From Eledone cirrhosa (lineage: Eukaryota), in NCBI GenBank assembly GCA_964016885.1, contig OZ024743.1, forward strand, positions 219,418,001-219,482,000: a DNA stretch of 64,000 nucleotides, read 5' to 3'. Position numbers and translations under genes: made by a program. The notes below the pieces were generated by a model. That model saw only the letters and a list, made by a program, of their open reading frames with translations, ran no database searches and had not been told where the DNA came from. The stretch's first letter is position 1; the number at the start of each line of letters is the position of its first letter. Below, in pieces: positions 1-14,800 of the stretch.

Positions 1-270
1 ATTTTAATGCTTTAATATTTTTAAACTGTGGCCCAATAAAACAAATTACGGCGATATCCAAAAATACCTCCCCCATGCCTAGGGTTAAATAACTTCGCTG
101 TTCGCTGCTGATATGAGGCTAAATAACTTCGCTGCTGGCTGCTGGCTGCTGAAATGAGGCTATTCCAACAAATTTACATTCCCTTTTTTTTAGTCGTTAA
201 AAGAAATATAGATTTATTTATTGTAAGTATGTATGTATACGTACATACATATATGTATACAGTAGCATGC

Positions 271-301
<31 letters not shown>

Positions 302-450
302 CAGGTACACATATATATATGTACGTATCAGTTTAGCGAACGTTTATTATAACGCTCGCTTTGTCCGTTTGTAAACAAGCGAACAGCCTAATTTATGCCA
401 TACGGTGTTAAGGCAACCACGTCACCTTTTTGTTCAACACTGACACAGGA

Positions 451-493
451 ACGATGTACTAGTTTCAAGCTTGTTAGCTATCATCAGCACCGT
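451..493 (-). ncRNA. Minimal type I hammerhead ribozyme motif (inverted copy)
   Basis: Exact reverse complement of 1177-1219. Confidence 0.85.
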
Positions 494-819
494 ATACCCT
501 TCTGCCAGATAGTTGAACGTTCGAAAGTATATACTTTCCTTATGAAAATTAACGGCTGAGCAGCCTAATTTGCATATCGAGTGAGTTCAGTCGGCCAGGC
601 GTATCGAAAACGATAAGTTGTAATATAATTGTTTCTACTTTAGGCACAAGGCCAGCAAATACCCAGTGCATTACTGGTACTTTATTTTATCGACCCCGTA
701 AGGATAAGTTGTAATATAATGAAACGAAATTTCATTTCTCACTCTTAGTACGGCACTTACTTAAATGTAAGTATGTATGTATACGTACATACATATATGT
801 ATACAGACGTACAGTAGCA

Positions 820-913
<94 letters not shown>

Positions 914-1176
914 CAGGTACACATATATATATGTACGTGTCAGTTTAGCGAACGTTTATTATAACGCTCGCTTTGTCCGTTTGTAAACAAGCGAACAGCC
1001 TGATTTATGCCATACGGTGTTAAGGCAACCACGCCACCTTTTTGTTCAACACTGACACAGGAACGATGTACTAGGCCGACTGAACTCACTCGATATGCAA
1101 ATTAGGCTGCTCAGCCGTTAATTTTCATAAGGAAAGTATATACTTTCGAACGTTCAACTATCTGGCAGAAGGGTAT

Positions 1177-1219
1177 ACGGTGCTGATGATAGCTAACAAG
1201 CTTGAAACTAGTACATCGT
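1177..1219 (+). ncRNA. Minimal type I hammerhead ribozyme motif
   Basis: acggtg CTGATGA t-agct-aaca-agct-t GAAA ctag TA catcgt: stem I acggtg/catcgt, intact core, palindromic loop III (ACTAGT). Confidence 0.85.
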
Positions 1220-1370
1220 TCCTGTGTCAGTGTTGAACAAAAAGGTGACGTGGTTGCCTTAACACCGTATGGCATAAATCAGGCTGTTCGCTTGTTTACA
1301 AACGGACAAAGCGAGCGTTATAATAAACGTTCGCTAAACTGATACGTACATATATATATATGTGTACCTG

Positions 1371-1424
<54 letters not shown>

Positions 1425-3150
1425 TGCTACTGTACGTCTGTATACATATATGTATGTACGTATACATACATACTTACATTTAAGTAAGTGCCGTACTAAG
1501 AGTGAGAAATGCAATTTCGTTTCATTATATTACGATTTATTTATTTGAAACGTTTTTGTTAGTTTCTTTGTTTTGTTTTTTTGGCGATATTTTTGTTAGT
1601 TTCTTGTTTTTTTTGGGGGGCGTTTTTTGCCGGTTTTTTTTTTATAGATTTATTCATTTATTTTTAACGTTTTTGTTAGTTTTTAAGTCACAAACATTGC
1701 TCCCCGACGCTCTACCGATAATAGTAAGTATTAGTGGTTGTAATAAAAATGCAATCAAAACGTAATAAATACCTTCACTGATTTCTTTCCTTATATTATC
1801 AACAGAAGTTGGTATGTCACCCAAAGTTTCTAATTCCTTCTCCACAGTAAGACAAATATCCATGTGTAGTTGAAGAGGATAAGTATGAAAGAACAGTCTT
1901 TGGTACAGTGTTCTATGAATGTTTTCGAACGAATAAATAATTTCAGTTTAAAATCAATTTCACTTTAACTTGTTTGGGTATTTTCCACGAATTGGCATAA
2001 CTAGCTCCCTGATAAAGGTGAAATAACATAGTTCTGTTATCTTATAATTGATTTGTATATAAGTTAAAGTGAAATTGATTTTAAACTGAAATTATTTATT
2101 CGTTCAAAAACATTCATAGAACACTTTACCAATGACTGTTCTTTCATACTTATCCTCTTCAACTACACATGGATATTTGTCTTACTGTGGAGAAGGAATT
2201 AGAAACTTTGGGTGACATACCAACTTCTGTTGATAATATAAGGAAAGAAATCAGTGAAGGTATTTATTACGTTTTGATTGCATTTTTATTACAACCACTA
2301 ATACTTACTATTATCGGTAGAGCGTCGGAGAGCAATGTTTGTGACATAAAAACAAAACAAAAACTAACAAAAACGTTAAAAATAAATAAATAAATCTATA
2401 AAAAAAAACCTGGCAAAAAACGCCAAAAAAAAGAAACTAAAAAAAAAAAAGAAACTAACAAAAATATCGCCCAAAAAACAAAACAATGAAACTAACAAAA
2501 ACGTTTCAAATAAATAAATAAATAAATCTATATTTCTTTTAACGGCTAAAAAAAAGGGAATGTAAATTTGTTGGAATAGCCTCATTTCAGCAGCCAGCAG
2601 CCAGCAGCGAAGTTATTTTGTCCTAGGCATGGGGGAGGTATTTTTGGATATCGCCCAAATTACAATTTTTTTTTTTTGCAAGCACCCAGTCGGCATTTGC
2701 CACCTGTTTGTTAAATCCGCCATTGTAAAGGACACTCCCAAAGAAATCAGCTTTATTTCAAGATTCTGCTTGGTTTAAATGCCTCAGATGCCCCCGTTTC
2801 CAACAACTTCACGAGGATTTAGGGGCTAAACAACAAACAACTAGACAAATATTTATATAATCTTTATTAAGCATAGAAATGAAAATGTAGTAACTATATT
2901 TATTCGATATGAATATCTCAAATATTTATCAGCACAAAGAAATAACCTAGAAAAAATGTTTTTTTACAAACAAAGATTGGTACAACAAAAGAATATTTTT
3001 CAGCTGATAGACAAGGTGCACAACACTTTGGACTGATATTTCGTTGAAGAAGGTAGGACTACTTAGTTTTAGGCAAACAATTTGCATTTTTTAAAATCTT
3101 TTACTCAACTTTTACTGCAATATTTGAGAAATTCAAGAAAATTATAGATA

Positions 3151-3349
3151 ATGAATTGTGAAAAGTTAAAGACAGAAATAGAAAATTCCCGCTCAATGAT
3201 ATACGACAGGGATGGTAACGGTTTTATTGTTTATTATTATAAAAAAATTCCCATTCCAGACGTTCCAACCATTCCATCAGTGGTATCAAACATTCAATCA
3301 TTTCCTCTGAGACATGATGACATTTTTATTTGTGCATATCCTACTGCTG
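3151..3349 (+). CDS. SULT exon 1 (start codon to 5'-PSB loop YPTAG)
   Basis: ATG at 3151; [14 protein letters not shown]; donor G|gtaagt after 3349. Confidence 0.88.
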
Positions 3350-6300
3350 GTAAGTTATATATATCTTATTTTTACATCGTGCTCTATAGTAAGTAATATA
3401 TGAGGAGAAACACACCTTTGTCTTTTACTTTATGCAACATCATTATTATAATGAAGCTATTGTAGTGACCTACATTCCGCGGGCTCACATACATTCTCTG
3501 TGCGTGATTTGGCTCAGTTCAGCCAATCAGCGCCAGTAGAAGAGGATGTATCCCTACGCGCCCTGAGGAAGAAATTCCCCGCGAAGATTTGAAGAATCTC
3601 TCTCTTGTACCAGAAACTTCGAGCCAGCAACACGCATAATGTAACAGTGAGATATTGCACCCCTAGCCTTGCCGGCTTAACGGCGCAATGGCACATTCCC
3701 TTTTGTAACCTCTTTTTATCTGTAACTTCAACCATATAAATAAACATACATTTCATCTCTAATTACTGCTGTTGAAATCATTATTATGTTACTCGTGTCT
3801 CAATAACATCTTTAATCCATGCTGCTGGAATTGGCGACCTGACGAAAGGAATATTGTAAATAGATGGTAAATAGATCGAGGGACCTTCCCTCACGTCTAT
3901 GTCAACAAGATAATCCAACGAGGATACTATCACTTACCACACTGGCAACTAACGATCATCAATCATCTACCCTGTTAAAGTAACGACCACTGATTCTATC
4001 ACCCTGCTAAAGTGGCGACTGCTCTATAACCAATACTGCTAAACTATTGTACGTATATCTGTATATGTAACCAAAACACTGCCAGCATTCCTCCCAACTT
4101 CTTATAACCCCCCCCCCCCCCAGTAACTCATATCTCACATTGCCCCTTACACAAACTTTCTCTCTGAATTAGTAGAAATAACTAATACATCATACCCCTT
4201 CTCACATCTTGCTCTCTAGTAATATATGAGAAACACAACACAACAAAAACTACTACTATCCTTCTGTCCCTTTGTGTTCTGAAGTGAATCCTTACTGAGT
4301 TCAACTTTTCCTTTATCTGTACCAATATTAAAAACTATTATTTGTTTCACTGTTTAAACAATAGAGAAGGGAACTGACTATGACTCCTTTCAGGGCCTTT
4401 GAGCACGGGTGAATTAAGCTTGCATGAGATCCCTGATTAACTATTTCATTGGGGCCCTTACATTTTATTTATGGTGGAAAAAAATTAATTAAAATAATGT
4501 GGGATGTTTTAGATATTGTCAGATCCTTTAAATATTGTGAGATCCTTTAGATATTGTAAAGTCCTTTAAGTATTGTAAGATCCTTTAGATATTGTGAGGT
4601 CCTTTAGATATTGTGAGGTTCTTTAGCTATTGTAAGGTCCTTTAAATACTGTGGGACCCTTACTTCGAAGACTGTTGAAAGGGAAGGAGGAAGGCATTTC
4701 AAATCAAAGATTTGGTCCATAAGCTTGTAACAGAGTGGAATCCACTAAAGGTATATAAGGACCAGTGGTAGTGTTAACCCTTTAGCATCCAAACCGGCTG
4801 TAACTGGCCACTCATACTGATGTTAAGGTATTGTTCTCAAAATAAATATCAAAATCTCATAGATTCTATATTATGTGAGATAATTATGTAAGATAAAGCC
4901 TTTACCGTGAACATACAATAACATATATAGAGTAATGTAAATGCTAAAGGGTTAGATTAGGAAATAGGTTACTATTAACACTGGATTAGTTGGTGATGAA
5001 ACTGATGTTAAGGTATTGTTCTCAAAATAAATACTTTCAAAAACTTATAGATTTGATATTATGTGAGATAAAGCATTTACCATGAAAATATAATAGTATA
5101 TATAGAGTAATGTGAATGCTAAAGGGTTAATTAACATATTTCTAATATGAAATACATTGCATTTCAATTAAATAATGAAAAATTTGGAAGGATTTATTTA
5201 AATTAATTACTACTTCATTATTAAGATGGCATTTATAACATAACTTAACAAACGGTTCTTATGACAAACTATGTTGGAAGATTTAAATTTAAATAGGAAT
5301 TCTTTTAAACAGTAGTGTTTTACCCCTAGAAAGAGAGGCAGTAGTTTTATAAGTCTGTTCTGTCACTTGGTGTTACAAGGTGCAATCTACTTCGCTACCT
5401 ACAGCTTAGTATGTGGTTTATCTGGCCATTTACAGTTCAATATGCAATCTACTTTAATTTCAAAAATGTTATACTGTAAGATGATAATAGAAGTTGATTA
5501 ATGTTAAATAATGATTTATTATTAATGACATTTAATTATCAAAATCATAATAATCATAATCATCACAAAATGATAAATAGTATATCAAAAACACGTTAGC
5601 TGAGGTCATGAAACACAGATCAAGTCATTACATTTCATATAGGTCATTCACATTCTAGACTATAGATGCTATAGTTGACTGGATACTAAGTTTGTTCCAT
5701 TTAATGTGTGCATTTACTTATTTGTGTGCAATGTCTGTATTATTGCTACTTAATAAAACAGTGACTATCTCTTATATAAAACCATTCACAACAAAGTATA
5801 TATTTTCTTTGTTTGATTATTACAGGTACACATTGGATATGGGAAGTGACTAGCATGATTGTCAAAGGGAAAGCTGAGAGGATCCCAAGTATCAAAGAGG
5901 AATATATGGTGGATTTTGTAGAGTTTGAAAATTTTGAATCATTGGAATCACCACGAGTGCTGAATTCTCATTTTCACCCAAGCATTCTCCCTGAGAAATT
6001 ACTAAAGGACAACAAAATTATCTTCATTGCACGCAACCCTAAGGCTGTGGTTGTATCTTATTACAGACATACATTTGGTATAACAGAAATTAACTACAAT
6101 GGAAATTTCCCAAGCTTTTTTGAGCTGTTTATGAAGGGTGAAGGTAAATATTGGCTTTTGTTTCGATAAGCTAGAAAGTTACTTTCCCAAACTCATAATT
6201 TGAAGCTTACAAAATAGCATTATTGATGTTTGGCCTCTGTTCAACTGTATTCAAGTTGATCTATGATCAAAGGCATTAAAGCTGTCACCATTCAATCTTT

Positions 6301-9017
6301 CTAAACTGAGTAGATTTTGTGGTATCTAATGATACTGTGATACTCTTTAACATGCATGATGGTGATGTTGAAAATAATGCAATGAATGTGTGTATGATTC
6401 AAGAAATGTCATGTTGCAAGTTCATGCCCATTGATAAAGCAAAATTGTGAAATACAAAATGTGTGTGTATGTAGGTGTTTGCATGAAAAAGAGACAGATA
6501 GGCTAATGATGTGAGTGAAGGGTTTCCAGAGAGTAAAATATGATAGACATGACAGGCTGTCAGTCAATTGCTATTGAAGTCTGCAACTGAATAAGAGGAC
6601 TGGAGCTAGAAGTACTAACCTTTATATCAGAAGGGGATGTCATGCTGTGGTTGGTAAATTTCACAGGTTTTGCACAAAAATTAATGCATATAGTATGAAA
6701 ATTACTGTAGTTTCATACTATAACAACTTAGCTAATGTATGATTTCGCTACAGGTATATTTCTAAAGGATAAAGGCTGACTTGTTTATCAAATGCTAGTG
6801 AATATAACATATTTATTTTCTCTTCCATTCTACAGTTGCTGCGGGTGATTATTTTGAATATTCCAGACAGTGGTGGCCAGTGCTAAAAGATAACCCAAAT
6901 GCTTTGATAGTAACATATGAGGAGGCTTCAGAGGTAAATGATACAAATATATACTTCATATCGATTTCATCTTCATTATAATATTGACATTATAGTGGTG
7001 CATAGTAGTGACATGTGGAGGTGTGTGGTCTAGTGGTAAGGGTGTTGGATCTATGATCATAATGTCATGGGTTCAATTCCTGGACTAGGTTGTGTGTTGT
7101 GTTCTTGAGCAAAACACTTCATTTTACATTTCTCCAGTATACTCAACTTAAAATAAGTACCAGCAGCAATAGCTAGGGGTTTAACCCTACAATGGATTGG
7201 TGTCCTGTCCAGGAGGAAGACTTGTACTTTCAGTCGCTTCAAGCCATGAAAACTGGGATAAGCCCCAACCTGATGGGCCCCTAGGTTTGTGACAGACTTT
7301 AGATAGTAGTGGCATAGATGATTCACTGAATTGCTGATGATACATAAATCATTTGAAACCTTGTTACTGTATCCCCCACCCCAAGGCAAGGTACATCTCC
7401 TCTGCCTAAGTATATGCACTTAACATAACATATACAACCCCTGTATGGCTGGTGGCTGGGTATTTAGCATCCTAAGTTAGCCCTTTAGCGAACTCACCCT
7501 TCTTCCATGAGAACAATCTATTCTTCCAAATATAATATTTTTAACTTACAGTTTGGCAAGCTGACAAATCTAATTTTTGACACTTTTTCCTCTGAGTACA
7601 CTAACATAAATTATTAAGCCTGTATTTTCTACTACACAATCCACGCGCACTCATGCCAAACCATATTACAGGTCATAAGATCTTATGGCCCTCTCCATCA
7701 CTTTGGATATTTCCACAATTTTTTTACATGGCATAGATGTTTTAGTGATTTATTTATTGATTGCAAGAAATTGTACTGGGGTCAGTACAATTAATATTCC
7801 CCTCTCTTAACTTGCTGGCCTTTTGCCTATATTAGAAACCGTTATATACTATTAGTTAAATGACTATAAAAGAAAACTGATGAGTCAACTTACATTGTCA
7901 ATGGAGTTTCTTCATTGTATCGAGACTATGTATATCCCTAACTTATATTTCAATTCCATAATTCCCTGTATAAACTTTAATGTTTCCCTTATATTTGCAA
8001 TCACTTCTGTTTTCAAGAATCTACAAAAGATGGTCTTAACAATCGCAAAATTTCTTGGTAAGGAAATTTCAAATGAATTTGCTTTGGAAATTGCGAATAT
8101 GTGTTCGTTTGATAAAATGAAAAAAGAAAAGAAAGTAAAAAAGGAAAACTTCCTTAAAGTCACATTCAAGGAAAATTATAGCTTTTATCGTTCAGGTAAG
8201 CTCACAAATTTAGTTTCTTCTTGTGATCTTTCATCCAATCTCTTCATCATAAGCTTTTTTTTTTTTACTACAATGAGTTACCATTTTTATTACAAGTTGT
8301 TACTATCTGTTGGTTCCAATTCCTAACAGAAGGAAATGAGGTTTTGAAGTAAGAATGTACAGGGCCAGATCAAATACTGTAAAACATTCCGCCAATCCAC
8401 TACCCCCAGGACTGGTGGTATTTCATTTACTGATGCCAAAAGGACGTAAAAGCAGAGTTGACTTTTTGGTTCTTCTATACTTTCAAATACATTCTTTCTT
8501 AGTACTGTCACATATTTGTTGTCAGTACTATTGTATGTGAAAGTGAGTAATAATTGATACTTCAAGATAAAACTATTAAAGTGAAATATAATAATTTTTT
8601 TAACCCTTTAGTATTTACATTACTCTATATATATACTATTGTATTTTTATGGTAAAGGGTTTGTTTATCTTATATAATTATCTCACATAATATTGAATCT
8701 ATGAGATTTTGGTGTTATTTATTTTGAATACAATACCTTAACATCAGTGTGAGTGGTCAGTTATGGCCAGTTTGAACAGAAAGAGATGAGAGAATTCTGG
8801 CCAGATATAGCCAGTTTAAAGTCTCCCTTCTTAGACTGCTTGGCCATCCTGACAGCTCAATGCAAGCATGGAAAAACAGACATAAAAACAATAATGATGA
8901 TAATATAAACAATAAATATAAAATTGAAAATAAGACATTTTCATGTTAAAAGTGAGCGATTGTTATGAGGACTTTGTATAAGATGTGTCTATATTTATGT
9001 CTCCAAACGTTTTTGGT

Positions 9018-9057
<40 letters not shown>

Positions 9058-10510
9058 AGATTTGTATATACACGGGTTGGACAAAATAATGGAAACACCT
9101 TAAAATTTAAAACAAATTTATTTTAATATGGGGTAGGACCGCCTTTGGCAGTAATTACAGCTTGAATCCTACGAGGTATGGACTCGTACAAAGTTTGAAT
9201 TGTTTCCAAAGGAATTTTCGTCCATTCTTCAGCTAAAAGAGTCTCCAGTTCTTGTAGTGATGTTGGTGGTGGATATCGACTCCTTACTTGTTTTTCTAAA
9301 ATGCACCATAAATGTTCAATAATATTGAGATCTGGGGTCTGTGGTGGCCAGATAAGATGTTCAACTTCACTAGAATGTTCCTCGTGCCATTCAGTAACAA
9401 CTTTAGCTGTGTGAATTGGTGCATTATTATCCTGAAAGATTGCGTTTCCCTCTGGAAACAGTTCCGCAACCATAGGATGAATTTGATCGGATAAAATGCT
9501 TAAATAGTCTTGACTATTAATTTTGCCATGAAGGGAAACCATTCGGCCGGTGGATTTCCAAGATATAGCCCCACAGATCCTCCTCCATGTTTAACAGTTG
9601 GAAGAAGGCAGTCTGGGTCAAATGCTTCTTTTGGCTGTCTCCACATGTATACTCGGCCGGTGGTCGGAAATAAGGTAAAGGATGACTCGTCTGAGAAAAT
9701 AACATTCTTCCACTGCTCTAGGGACCAATTCTGTAGGTTTTACTCCACTCTAAACGCTCTGCAACGTTTGTTTTTGAAAGTAGTGGTTTTCTGATTGCAG
9801 CCCTTCCGTGAAATCCGGCTTTGTGCAGCTCCCGGCGAACAGTTTTTGTGGAAACTGGGTTCTCGAGATGGTCATTAAGCTCTGCAGTAATTTTGGGAGC
9901 TGTACTTTTGTGATCCTTTCTAACAATTCGCGTAACAGTCCGACGGTCCCTATCTGAAAGTTTTGGTTTTCTTCCGGAGTTTTGTTTCGACAAGGAGGTT
10001 TTTCCCTCTTTCTTAAAGGCTGTCATTACTTTCGAGACAGTACTTCTTGATACACCAAACATTTCGGCTGTTTTCGTTACGCTAGCGCCTGCCATACGAG
10101 CACCAACAATTTGACCTCTTTGAAAGTTCGATAGATCTGTCATTTTAATGAATTTTAATTACCTTTTTCTGATGATATCTAAAAATAAACAGCAATTTTA
10201 ACAAAACATATTAAGCAACACTAATAATAAATAAAAAAACATAAAAATAAACAAGCTTTTGACGGTTTTATAGATATTTCAAAATTATGATGCTATGATG
10301 CTAGGTGTTTCCATTATTTTGTCCAACTCCTGTTTATGTATGTATGAGATTTGTATATATCTGTTAGAACACGAAAAGTGTGAAACAACAGAATGTTCAC
10401 TTTTCGTGTTCTAACATATATGCCTAACTTCTTCATAAATTTTCCCGGGATAGCCGTGGTGGTGGTGATCGTATGTCATTGGCTAATTTTCAACCAATCA
10501 GAGTAAGTGT

Positions 10511-10556
<46 letters not shown>

Positions 10557-11858
10557 TATTCCCCCTCTCTCTATATATATCTTACGCTTTCGCTTTACAC
10601 TCCTCCCCTTCAATAACACATTTCCCCCTCTCTATATATCTCTTCCACTGTTACTTACGCCTGTTTCTCTCTATCTGTTCCGTCTCTATATATATCTCTC
10701 TTACTCTTTCGCTTTGCACTCCTCCCCTTCAATACCATCTCCCCCCCTCTCTATATATTTGTTACTCTATCGCTGCACGCTCCTCTCCTTCAATATATCA
10801 ACACCGCTTTACACTCCTTTATCCCCAGCGCCCCTATATATACCCCCCCCCCTTCCCGCATCTATATTTTAATGTTCCGTTGCACCGTGAATATATGTGT
10901 CTATATATATATACATATATATTGTATATACACATTCATGTATGTGTATACACACTCATGTATGTATATACACTGGTTTTATGTGTGTATTGTAAATTTG
11001 TACTGTTAAAACACGAAACTAACATTCGATTGACACTTTGATTACCTGTACAGGCAATAGTTATTAGAATGCTGTTGAAGTGTGTATATATTTTTGGGGG
11101 ACATCCTGTATATACACACATTATATATAATACAATAAACAGATAAATACACACATATATATATGACCTTATTTAATTATAAATATTGTGAATTTTTAAC
11201 TCAGTTCAATTATATATATAAATGGCTTCTACAGGACTAGAACTGTTTCATTCGAAAGAAATCATCATAATATTGAGAGGGGGGACTAGATAAAATATTT
11301 CAAATCAAATGTGTATAAGTTATAAGTTAAAATGTATAAATAGAGACGATAGTGGAGGTATATCTGTTTAGTAGAACAGTAGACGATAGAATTAAATACA
11401 GACGAGAATCTCCCTTTAATGAAACAGCAGACGATAGAATTAAGGCAATTTAAATTTTAAGCATTTGCATTTCATCGCTACGGGGTCGATAAAATAAAGT
11501 ACCAGTAATACACTGTCACTATAAGTAGACGACTTTCAAATTGAATTGTTGGTTCCATTTCTTTAGTATTTTCAATTGTAGTTATCTACTTAAAAAGCGT
11601 TACACGGTTAGAGACATAATTGGTAAGTTATATCTTCCCTATTAAACCATTGCATTATTTCGCCTACAATAGAACAAAAATGAAATGTTCTTTAAAGAAA
11701 CAGGAATATAACTTTATAAAAAAAAAAGTTGCATCCGCTTCTTTTATCATTGATAATTTTTTCGTTTTAATATTAATTGTTTTTTGTAGTTGTTTATATT
11801 AAAAATCTTACTGTAATATTTACTTAAACGAAGGCAGACATCTAAACTTATAAATAAA

Positions 11859-11898
<40 letters not shown>

Positions 11899-14800
11899 AT
11901 ATATATATATAATATATATATATATATATAAACGAAGAATGATAACATTTCAAGCAAAGAGTTTAATTAGGTAATGACTTACAAATTTGTTTCAGTATAT
12001 ATTTAATATAATATTAATATATTTTGTAATATTATTAACTAATTATTATAATTAGCGCTTCAGGCTTTGTCTATATACTGAAACAAATTTGTAAGTCATT
12101 ACCTAATTAAACTCTTTGCTTGAAATTTTATCACTCTTCGTTTTGAATTTCTCCTAAGTATTCAATACTCTGTTGAGAAATACATTTTACATAAACAGTC
12201 TTTGTACCATTTATACGGTATTAATTACTTATATTTATATATATATATATAGCGTATGATTAGAACTGTGTTTATTATTAATATTTTAATGGATTTAATG
12301 AAAAATTTTAGGTGTTCATATATATATTCTAAAAATGCGCGAAATCGTGAATCCGCGATAGTTGAACCGCCAAGTAGCGAGGTATCACTGTATATATGTT
12401 TAAATATATAGTGTAGCTGTGATGTATCTCGCGAGTGAATCGAGACCTGTCACTGATTTTGGTGTCCCCACTGCCGATGTGAATGAGCAACGCTGCACTT
12501 GTGAATTGGGTCTTGATGTTGCAGGCAGTTCATATACTTACAATGATGCGGTTCCACAAGCTTGTTCACATTCCTGTGCTAATAATCTAGATGGGCGTAT
12601 TAAATTGGATGTGAAAGCAGCTTACCGGATGCGGAATCGGGAGAAGTTGAAACAAAAACAGGCCGATTATAGAGCTGTGAATTTTGCTAAATTAACACAA
12701 AAACAGGCCAAGTATAGATGTTCAAAACGGTATGAGTTGGCAAACAAGCAGGCCAAGTATAGATCTGCAAATTCAGCTATTATATCTCAAAAGCAAGCCG
12801 AGCGTAGAGCTTCTAAACGTACCGAGTTGGCTAAAGAGCAGACCAAGTACAGATCTGCAAATATCTTATTGCACAAACAATAATTCTGCACAAATGTTGC
12901 TCCATTATTAGATCTAATGTTGCAACGATACAGTTAAATGTTGTCTGTGTATTTTAAAAAAGATTTGCTTATAATCTTTTCAAATTTCATTACGCCAATG
13001 ATTCAAGCTCAAATTGACATTATCTAAAAAATTGTACAAACAGCGGTGGATTAGCAGTAGTGAACAGATAAATCAGTCAATTTATTAAGATTGACTTGGC
13101 ATCAATCAGCAAGACCTTCATTAGCTGCTCGCCAGCCATCTATTTAAAGCTGTATACATCTATGGTACGAATACACTTGGAGTTCGCGTCATCAGTCTGG
13201 AACCTCTATCTTGCTCAGAACATTGACCTCCTGGAAACTGTTCAGAGACATGCAACCAAGCGCATACCCTCCATCAGACACCTACCATACCCTGAATATT
13301 TTGCTTCCCTCTGGCAATGGACTTGGTAAACACCCACAAAGTTATTAACCATCCGACCAACAACAACCCCGAACACCTTTTTGATCTCCATGTGTCTAAC
13401 ACGTGGACATGCCTACAAAGTCAGAAAACAACACAGCTCCCATGACTTTAGGAAATATTTCTTCATGCTCAGAGTTGCTGAAGGATGGAACAAACTTCCT
13501 GCATCAGTTGTTAGCTGATGACACACTGCATCCTTTAAAACCATCATACATTCCGAAATACACCAAAACTACACCTGATGTCCCCCTTCCATACACATGC
13601 ACATATGTGTATATCATGACTCATGCACTGTTCTTTTTTCATGACGTTTTTATATTACCCTATGTATTATATATGCACTTTTGATGAGTTGTAGTGCACC
13701 TCAGCATTGTACACAATATTTTCATTATTATTATCATTATTATTATTACACTCATTGATCCATTTTGCACTAACTCTGCATCAAGCACCCTCACCTAAAT
13801 ATTAACCAATCAAGGATCCAACACAGCTATCTGTTGGATGAGTATTGTATAGTGCCAAAAACGAAACCAATCAGTTTAGCAGAAAGTTTCCAGACAAGAA
13901 ACACGCATATTTTGCTATCCTCAAACACGTTTACACATGGCATGAAATATAACTAATCCGAGATGGCTAGGTTTCATCTTCTAACTGGATATACGAAATC
14001 CATTATGTCTTGACAACAACATGAGGTAACATTATGTTATTCACAGACACACTTTGTACACTGTTCCATATCAGAATGTATTTCCTTCGTCACATTCACA
14101 AACAGTATTGAAAATATGTTCTTCGGCAAATAAAAATGTTTTGTTCATAATATTTCAACTAGCGATTGCTCTACTCCACGCACGACCACCATAAATTAAT
14201 GACCAGCTCAACACAAGTATTGGTAGAGCGTCAGACACCATGCTTTGCAGTATTGTTATGGTCCTTTGCATTCTAAGTTCAAATCCTGCCGAGGTTAACT
14301 TCGACTTTCATACTTACTAATTCGATAAAATAAAGTACCAGTAATGGACTGCCGTAATGGATTTGTGCCGAAAAATAGAAACACTATTAATGTGCAATAA
14401 GAGCAAAATATAACGACATTGCTCAATTATTTTATCTAATGTTGTAATAACACAAGGAAATGTTGTTTGTGTATTTTTTTTTATATTTGCTCATAGGCTT
14501 TTACAATTTCGCTCAGCCAACAACTATTAAAAAGTGAGTTGCTTAAGATAACAATTTAATCACAAATTGTTGCTATCTTTTAATACACTCCAACAAGTCA
14601 TCAAATTATGTACAATAAAAACAAATCTTATTAATTTGCTCAGGGAATATAAAGAAAATGTATATACACTGATAATTGCAATTGTATGTAAATATTTTGT
14701 TTTTGTATTGTTTATTTTATGTTTTCTATTATGTATAATATATTGATTTAATATTGATTGTTTTTTGTAGTTGTTTATATTAAAAGTCTGAAAATATTTT

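Larger units (their letters stand above)
50..2655. repeat. Nested fold-back (inverted repeat) structure
   Basis: Reverse-complement pairs: 50-222 with ~2515-2655; 223-596 with 1074-1477; 711-1074 with ~1208-1533; 1534-1970 with 2061-2528 (90-bp spacer). Confidence 0.9.

Noticed and set aside
1654-2393. Duplicate MDICLTVEKELE ORFs on opposite strands
   Set aside because: A consequence of the inverted repeat; no recognisable domain or splice structure.
7325-7372. CTGATGA…GAAA hammerhead candidate in SULT intron 3
   Set aside because: No convincing stem I or stem II pairing.
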